A DNA stretch of 32,000 nucleotides, from NCBI RefSeq assembly GCF_049478495.1, contig NZ_CP168083.1:892450-924449 (forward strand), read 5' to 3'. Positions 29,098 through 32,000 of this stretch are shown piece after piece (the first letter of the stretch is position 1; the number at the start of each line of letters is the position of its first letter). Under the pieces are notes generated by a model. It did not search any database and was not told where the DNA came from. It saw only the letters and a list, made by a program, of their open reading frames with translations. The DNA is from Mycoplasma sp. P36-A1 (GTDB lineage: Bacteria > Bacillota_I > Bacilli_A > JAJDGJ01). Made by a program: the position numbers and the translations under genes.

Positions 29098-29652
29098 TTA
29101 TGTTGTAGTATATAGAACAGTAATGTTTTGTTGGCTATATCCACTAAATGTAGCTAGCTCAATTCTTTTAATAAGATAATCAGACTCACTAATATTGACA
29201 TAAAAGTATAAGACAGTATCATCATATCTATTATTAGTATATATATTGAACTGTACAGTACATCTTATAGGATTTTTAAATTTATCTATAGACAAATAAC
29301 TCTTAGATGTTAAGTGATACCAATCATGTTCAATACTTTCAAAATTATAAGCTGAAATATATTGAAAAGGGACTTTTTTTATTCTTTTTGTAGGTGTAAA
29401 AGGATCAGTTTCCAATGTAGATATCAAAGGCTTGCTTAAAATAATCTTAGCATCATTATTTAATTTTAAATGTAAAGAATACAAAATAATTTTTTTAATA
29501 CTATTATCAAGATTTTTGTTAACTAATAATTCATTGTATAAAAAACTGTATAAATTATTATTAATATTTTGAAGATAATTATAATCATCATTTGATAGTT
29601 GAAATGAGTCTATATCATTAAAATCGATATTTAAAAGATTTGTATTGTTCAT
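29098..29652 (-). CDS. Uncharacterised 184 aa protein
   Basis: Intact minus-strand ORF with AAAGGAG RBS (plus-strand CTCCTTT at 29660-29666), convergent with the LiaF-like gene. No family recognised. Confidence 0.75.
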   Translation of the reverse strand: MNNTNLLNIDFNDIDSFQLSNDDYNYLQNINNNLYSFLYNELLVNKNLDNSIKKIILYSLHLKLNNDAKIILSKPLISTLETDPFTPTKRIKKVPFQYISAYNFESIEHDWYHLTSKSYLSIDKFKNPIRCTVQFNIYTNNRYDDTVLYFYVNISESDYLIKRIELATFSGYSQQNITVLYTTT

Positions 29653-29678
29653 ACTAATGCTCCTTTACTTATAGCAAA

Positions 29679-29707
29679 TTGACAATAGTTGCTATATGGT
29701 GTATTAT
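29679..29707 (+). promoter_or_regulatory. Sigma-A promoter for the TPP riboswitch-thiT unit
   Basis: TTGACA - 17 nt - TATTAT; the riboswitch begins about 25 nt downstream. Confidence 0.75.
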
Positions 29708-29730
29708 ATAAATGTAAAAAATAAATAGAT

Positions 29731-29812
29731 TGCAGGGGTACTTATATTACATAAGTTGAGAGGAATTAATTCCGACCCTTTGAACCTGTTAGTTAATACT
29801 ATCGTAGGGAGC
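29731..29812 (+). promoter_or_regulatory. TPP riboswitch aptamer (THI element)
   Basis: GCAGGGGTAC ... GTTGAGAGG ... CCGACCCTTTGAACCTGTTAGTTAATACTATCGTAGGGAG matches the TPP aptamer conserved segments. Confidence 0.95.
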
Positions 29813-29825
29813 CGCTAAAAACGAC

Positions 29826-29856
29826 AAGCACCAATTACTGATAGATGGTGTTTTTT
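29826..29856 (+). terminator. Riboswitch expression-platform terminator
   Basis: AAGCACCA ... TGGTGTTTTTT between the aptamer and the thiT RBS. Confidence 0.8.
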
Positions 29857-29891
29857 CTTTGCCTCGCAATCAAAAAGGAGAAAAGAATATT

Positions 29892-30380
29892 ATGAGTACA
29901 AGAGAGTTGACACGTATTGCTCTAATTGCAGCAATCGCAACAGTATTATCATTATTTAAGGTGTTTCAAATGCCTCAGGGAGGAAGTATAACATTATATC
30001 TATTCCCATTGTATATTGCAGTAGCCAATGAAAAATTGAGAAATTGCTTTTTTGTAGGATTAGTTGTTTCAATATTACAAATGTTATTAGGTGGTCAAAT
30101 GACAAACTTATTCTCCGGACTGTTTGATTACATAATTCCAGTAGTTGCAATAGTAACATGTGGAATGTTTAAACAAAATATATATGTTAATATTGCAATT
30201 GGATCAATAATTGCATTAGCATCATATACATTATCTGGAATGATCTTCTGGCAAACACCATTTGTTGCATCACTTACATACAATGCAACATACTTTATTC
30301 CAACTGTAATTGTTAATGTAATAATATTTGCTTTAGCAAATGTTCAAATTTCAAAAGCATATAAAACAATTAATAATTAA
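29892..30380 (+). CDS. thiT: Thiamine transporter, ECF S-component ThiT
   Basis: Six-TM-like small membrane protein under a TPP riboswitch; VFQMPQGGSITLYLFPLY and GMIFWQTPF match the ThiT pattern. ATG 29892 preferred over the track's TTG 29859. Confidence 0.9.
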   Translation: MSTRELTRIALIAAIATVLSLFKVFQMPQGGSITLYLFPLYIAVANEKLRNCFFVGLVVSILQMLLGGQMTNLFSGLFDYIIPVVAIVTCGMFKQNIYVNIAIGSIIALASYTLSGMIFWQTPFVASLTYNATYFIPTVIVNVIIFALANVQISKAYKTINN

Positions 30381-30385
30381 ACAAA

Positions 30386-30415
30386 GAAAAATCCTTTTTA
30401 TAGGATTTTTTTTAT
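30386..30415. terminator. Bidirectional terminator between thiT and the convergent minus-strand gene
   Basis: AAAAATCC-TTTTTATA-GGATTTTTTTT. Confidence 0.75.
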
Positions 30416-31161
30416 TTTCTGATATTTCTAAAATTTTCAATTCTTTGAAAATGAGACTCAAATTTTCTTTTAGTAACTATTTTATCTATATTATCATTTT
30501 CAAAACTTGCAATTCCTTTAATCTTCATTCCATCAGTATAATTTGAAACAACAATACCTTTAAATATAAAATCAGCATAAATTGAATTTTTTTTATCAAA
30601 TTCAAAAATTGCCCATTTCTTTTTGATAGCCATTTTAGCTTGGATACCAGTTTTACGACTTTTTGTTTCATAAATTATTTTATTATCATAATCAATAATA
30701 TCAGCTTCAATCCTAATAGAATTAAGTGTTATAACTCTATTACAAGAATAATTATTACCTAATACCTTTAAATCTTTAAGATAATTTAAAGCAGCTCTTT
30801 CTGCTTTATCTCCTTCTTTTTCCATATGATTGATTGATTTTTCAAATAAAAAATATGATTTTTCAAAACCGTATTGTTTAACCTTCAATTCACTCATACT
30901 TTCTACAATACTAATACGATACTTCCTTTTATTTATAGGGATATCTTTATATTTTAATCTCTTGTGAAGATTGTTTGAATTTGCATTATTTAAATTATTT
31001 GATGAACTGTTCTTATTATTTGAAAATTTAGTTTTGTGTGAGTTTGTTTTTTTATTTTTTAAAATACAATTAGCATCTTTATTATTAGCCTTTAAATTAT
31101 TTGTATTTTTTTTATTATAACTTTTTTCTTTAGCATTAGCTGCAGTTTGTTCTATAATCAT
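30412..31161 (-). CDS. Putative PD-(D/E)XK-fold endonuclease-like protein with low-complexity N/K-rich N-terminal region
   Basis: GDKAERAALNYLKDLKVLGNNYSCNRVITLNSIRIEADIIDYDNKIIYETKSR fits the (D)-x(n)-ExK core of YraN/UPF0102-like nucleases. AAGGTGAA RBS-like sequence upstream. Confidence 0.65.
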   Translation of the reverse strand: MIIEQTAANAKEKSYNKKNTNNLKANNKDANCILKNKKTNSHKTKFSNNKNSSSNNLNNANSNNLHKRLKYKDIPINKRKYRISIVESMSELKVKQYGFEKSYFLFEKSINHMEKEGDKAERAALNYLKDLKVLGNNYSCNRVITLNSIRIEADIIDYDNKIIYETKSRKTGIQAKMAIKKKWAIFEFDKKNSIYADFIFKGIVVSNYTDGMKIKGIASFENDNIDKIVTKRKFESHFQRIENFRNIRK

Positions 31162-31274
31162 TTATTCACCTTCCTTATGTTTTAAATGCATCATCTGCAT
31201 TTTTACTCAACAACGCCTTTATACATTATAACAAAAATTAGACATAATTATAAGTATATATCATGCATATAAGT

Positions 31275-31314
31275 TTAAATAAAATAAAAAAGACTGTATA
31301 TTTACACAGTCTTT
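31275..31314 (-). terminator. Minus-strand intrinsic terminator downstream of the HTH gene
   Basis: On the minus strand AAAGACTGT-GTAAATAT-ACAGTCTTTTTTATTTT. Confidence 0.7.
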
Positions 31315-31421
31315 ATACTCTTCATAGTCTACTTTTAGTCATTTTATATGATTTATCAAAAATCATATAGTTGATTAGTTGTTTGTTGTTAATTTAATCA
31401 AACTCCCAATATTTGATTATT

Positions 31422-31637
31422 TTAAGCGATTGAATTTACGTGATCGTTTAAAAACAACTCATCTGGTGTACATTCTAAATAACTTGCAATTTTAACTGCT
31501 AAATCATAAGAAAGTTTTCTATTACCTTTTTCAATTAAAGATAAATAGCTTTTAGAAATACAGCAATGGTTTGCTAATTCGTGAAGTGTAACTTTCTTAT
31601 TTTTTCTTGTATAATGTAAAACTTCATACTTGTACAT
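31422..31637 (-). CDS. XRE-family helix-turn-helix transcriptional regulator
   Basis: 71 aa: KVTLHELANHCCISKSYLSLIEKGNRKLSYDLAVKIASYLECTPDELF, a canonical HTH_3; strong AAAGGGGG RBS. Confidence 0.92.
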   Translation of the reverse strand: MYKYEVLHYTRKNKKVTLHELANHCCISKSYLSLIEKGNRKLSYDLAVKIASYLECTPDELFLNDHVNSIA

Positions 31638-32000
31638 GTAAATTTTCCCCCTTTAATTCATATCTAACTACATTTTAACAAATATAATTATAAAATAAAA
31701 GCTTTTTGTCAAAAAAAGTTTTAAATAAACAATAAAACTGTATTACTTTTATTAATAAAATATTAAATATAAATAATAAATGTCTAGTTTGTTATAAATA
31801 ATTACAGGTTTATACTGTTATATTGACAAAAAACTGTCATTATCTACTTATTGTTGAAATATTAGACTTGTATATTGCAAATATGTAATTATTAAATGTT
31901 TATTTAACCATACAGTAATTATAAAGTATTCAAATTAAAATATATAAAAATTATATATGTTTTTTTAGCCTTTGTTATTATTTAATGAAATTTATTATAA

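Noticed and set aside
30340-30546. 68 aa plus-strand ORF over the thiT end and terminator
   Set aside because: Crosses a bidirectional terminator and is antisense to the nuclease-like gene.
30412-31637. XRE regulator plus nuclease-like gene considered as a toxin-antitoxin or defence pair
   Set aside because: Genes are about 260 nt apart with an intrinsic terminator between them, and the nuclease-like protein resembles YraN more than a toxin; kept only as separate observations.
1-32000. Search for CRISPR arrays, transposases, integrases, prophage or tRNA genes
   Set aside because: None recognised; the window reads as a stable housekeeping region.

Overview
The window is a low-GC chromosomal segment that looks like a Firmicutes/Mollicutes-type bacterium and is mostly densely packed housekeeping genes on the + strand. 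In order: threonine-aldolase-like enzyme, degenerate nitrilase-fold protein, mutM, coaE, nfo, recJ, apt, relA/spoT, hisS, aspS, DUF896, cyclophilin, tkt, yneF-like, citC-like, rdgB, trmL, two unknown small proteins, a YitT/YczE-type membrane protein, uvrC, L21 leader-rplU-prp-rpmA-obgE, nadE, ruvA, ruvB, a probable 6S RNA, apbE, a NusG-II domain protein, a Gx-transporter-like protein, a LiaF-like membrane protein, an unknown minus-strand ORF, a TPP riboswitch-thiT, a PD-(D/E)XK-like protein and an XRE HTH protein. I see no convincing new defence system, mobile element or CRISPR array. The observations most worth a second look are: (1) a nitrilase homologue lacking both the catalytic Glu and Cys, next to a threonine-aldolase-like gene; (2) a compact 6S-like RNA between ruvB and apbE; (3) a perfect 8-bp inverted repeat spanning the -35 box upstream of the TPP riboswitch; (4) a diverged YraN-like nuclease core behind a long N/K-rich tail, near an XRE regulator; (5) Prp protease paired with an N-terminally extended L27; (6) near-total avoidance of TGA as a stop codon. 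All calls are by eye. No alignment, folding or database search was run, and non-ORF coordinates may be off by a couple of bases.
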